In this document: piece after piece, positions 4,776-6,144 of the stretch
Layout: every line of letters starts with the position of its first letter
Position numbering within the stretch: position 1 is the first letter of the stretch
IMG/VR virus record: IMGVR_UViG_3300020029_000019
Span: 1 to 6,144 of that record
Length of the DNA stretch: 6,144 nt
Reading direction: 5' to 3' (one strand)
Origin: a virus
Made by a program: the position numbers and the translations under genes
The notes under the pieces: generated by a model
What the model was told of the DNA's origin: nothing
The model's input: only the letters and a program-made list of their open reading frames with translations
Database searches by the model: none

Positions 4776-6144
4776 TTAATAAGGTAAACCATTTCTATCC
4801 AAATTCTGCACAGCATACACTTGGAAATTAACATTACACAATAACTGGTCATAAGCCACGCTATAATGTTCAGTAGTAATCTGAGGCTCAAATATAGAAT
4901 TCAATTGCTGAGGACGAATCTTAAACGATTGATAACTCAATGAAGACTGGCCAGAAACTTGAATCTGAGACCCTTGAAGCGGAGCAGCCCAAGACTGATA
5001 AGCAGCATTAGGACGGAATGCACCATGAACAGTATCTACAGCGGATTTCCATTGCCAATAGCGCAAATTGTATCCAATATTGCCCTGAACAGAAGACGGG
5101 CTATTATTAAGAGTCAAAGCCGAAACAGGCTGCATACCTAACTGGTCAAAAGCAGGTTGAGGGAAATCGGAAACAGACGTACATAACAACTGAGGATTGT
5201 GGCCCTTAAGAGACCAGTCAAGCAAAGGAACAGCATGATAAACGCACATAATAACCTGATGTTCAGCACCGCAATCATAATTAATAACATGGCCAGACTT
5301 AGAGCCTACACCTTTACCAGCAATAACAGCCTGAGAGTTGTCGGCAGTCAAATTAGTGTTCAGAACCTCATTAATATTAATAACATTAGACCAACCACCA
5401 ATATAATGGGCATGGTTACCCATGTACTCGGGGGCTTTAATACCAAATTGAGCGGCCATTTGGTCTGAATAATCCTTGCTAGAGAATTGGACTACTTCTT
5501 TCCAGCGCTGGAGAAATTCAATGGCACGGATTGAGAGAGCGGAAAGGTCTGAATTAAGATGAATCTCACGAACAGAAGAAGAGGACTGCTGAACAACAAC
5601 ATTATCAGAACCACCATTATTCAATACAGGAGAAGATGGAACACCTAAAGCTAAAATACGAGTTGAACCCAAAGTAGGATCATACGAAGAAGGTAAAATA
5701 GCTACCGAACCATATTGAGAAGCAGGAAGAACACCAAGAAAATAGTCTTTAGGATAATTAGCATAGCGGAGACGAATCATATCAGAAGATAATTCGATAG
5801 AACTTTTGCCATCCCAATAATCAACATTATAAGAATAAGCTAAATGTTTCTCCCATTGAGAGTTACTGAAAAAATCAAAATAAATCTTCTGATAAGCAAG
5901 AGCAGGAAGAAGATTCAAGTTAACACTGGTACCATAAATAAGGGGGTTCTGTCCATCAGCCAATGAAGTCGTATCAAGACCAAGATACTGCATAGTAATT
6001 TCTGCCTTCTTATCATTAGAAGTACCAATAAATGAACCATAACCAAGCATATCCAACAGCTTGCAAGAGCCATAAGCAAATCCAAAGCCAGCGTCATCCA
6101 CAGTGCCAGAATCCACTCTATTACGAATTTCACCAGAAATATTG
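4776..6144 (-). CDS. Major capsid protein VP1 (F-like), C-terminal part; same gene as 1..480
   Basis: Track ORF 4776..6116 stays open upstream to the window end. Its listed first M is really an internal GTG (Val) codon in ...EIRNRVDSGTVDD.... Joining 480..122 with 6144..4776 gives 1728 nt = 575 aa plus TAA (4778..4776). The size fits the microvirus jelly-roll capsid family. So do the Gly/Ser/Asn/Tyr-rich composition and the position directly downstream of rep. Confidence 0.9.
   Translation of the reverse strand, partial: NISGEIRNRVDSGTVDDAGFGFAYGSCKLLDMLGYGSFIGTSNDKKAEITMQYLGLDTTSLADGQNPLIYGTSVNLNLLPALAYQKIYFDFFSNSQWEKHLAYSYNVDYWDGKSSIELSSDMIRLRYANYPKDYFLGVLPASQYGSVAILPSSYDPTLGSTRILALGVPSSPVLNNGGSDNVVVQQSSSSVREIHLNSDLSALSIRAIEFLQRWKEVVQFSSKDYSDQMAAQFGIKAPEYMGNHAHYIGGWSNVININEVLNTNLTADNSQAVIAGKGVGSKSGHVINYDCGAEHQVIMCVYHAVPLLDWSLKGHNPQLLCTSVSDFPQPAFDQLGMQPVSALTLNNSPSSVQGNIGYNLRYWQWKSAVDTVHGAFRPNAAYQSWAAPLQGSQIQVSGQSSLSYQSFKIRPQQLNSIFEPQITTEHYSVAYDQLLCNVNFQVYAVQNLDRNGLPY
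6024..6144. repeat. Terminal direct repeat, copy 2 (circular wrap-around)
   Basis: Identical to 1..121. The repeat lies inside the VP1 reading frame and restores it when the ends are joined. Confidence 0.97.

Noticed and set aside
568-5468. Plus-strand track ORFs: 568..765, 1658..1903, 1931..2185, 3760..4002, 4030..4254, 4464..4787, 4959..5141 and 5199..5468
   Set aside because: All lie antisense inside confidently identified minus-strand genes, are short (60-107 aa) and have low-complexity, stop-avoiding compositions. Microviridae transcribe one strand only. None shows a recognisable motif.
6114-6116. Track start of the 446-aa capsid ORF at 6116
   Set aside because: This is a GTG codon internal to a frame that stays open to the window edge and continues in 122..480. 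It is not the real start.
553-6133. Nested minus-strand ORFs 553..747, 751..1008, 1627..1887, 3642..3992 and 5915..6133, some of which look like membrane proteins
   Set aside because: All are in the +1 register of the host gene (rep, VP2 or VP1). Their hydrophobicity and openness follow from the T-ending codon bias of the real frame. This is a systematic artefact rather than independent genes.
1-6144. Prophage, mobile element, CRISPR or defence-system content
   Set aside because: There is no integrase, transposase, repeat-spacer array or host-like flanking gene. The terminal repeat lies inside a gene and simply reflects circularity, so it is not an att duplication or a pair of inverted terminal repeats.

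Overview
This window appears to be one complete, circularly permuted genome of a small ssDNA phage of the family Microviridae (non-phiX lineage, Alpavirinae/Gokushovirinae-like). It is given as the reverse complement of its coding strand. Bases 1..121 are identical to 6024..6144, so the unit circle is 6023 nt. All credible genes lie on the minus strand. In transcription order they are: (1) major capsid protein VP1, starting at 480, running through the junction and ending at 4776, 575 aa once joined; (2) an acidic 147-aa protein in the VP3 (scaffold) position, 4763..4320; (3) the pilot/minor capsid protein VP2, 4323..3220; (4) a 468-bp non-coding region, 3219..2752, holding a ~300-bp GC-rich hairpin cluster and a Bacteroidota-style promoter candidate; (5) an accessory block of a 65-aa ORF, a 27-aa membrane peptide and a 101-aa M15-family zinc peptidase; (6) the HUH replication initiator VP4, 2176..500. 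Two things deserve most attention. The first is the endolysin-like peptidase, translationally coupled to a tiny transmembrane peptide, which would be an unusual lysis-type cassette for a microvirus. The second is the GC-rich structured island in an otherwise AT-rich genome. I saw no tRNA, rRNA, CRISPR, integrase or transposase. Functional calls rest on motifs recognised by eye and hand translation; no database search was possible.
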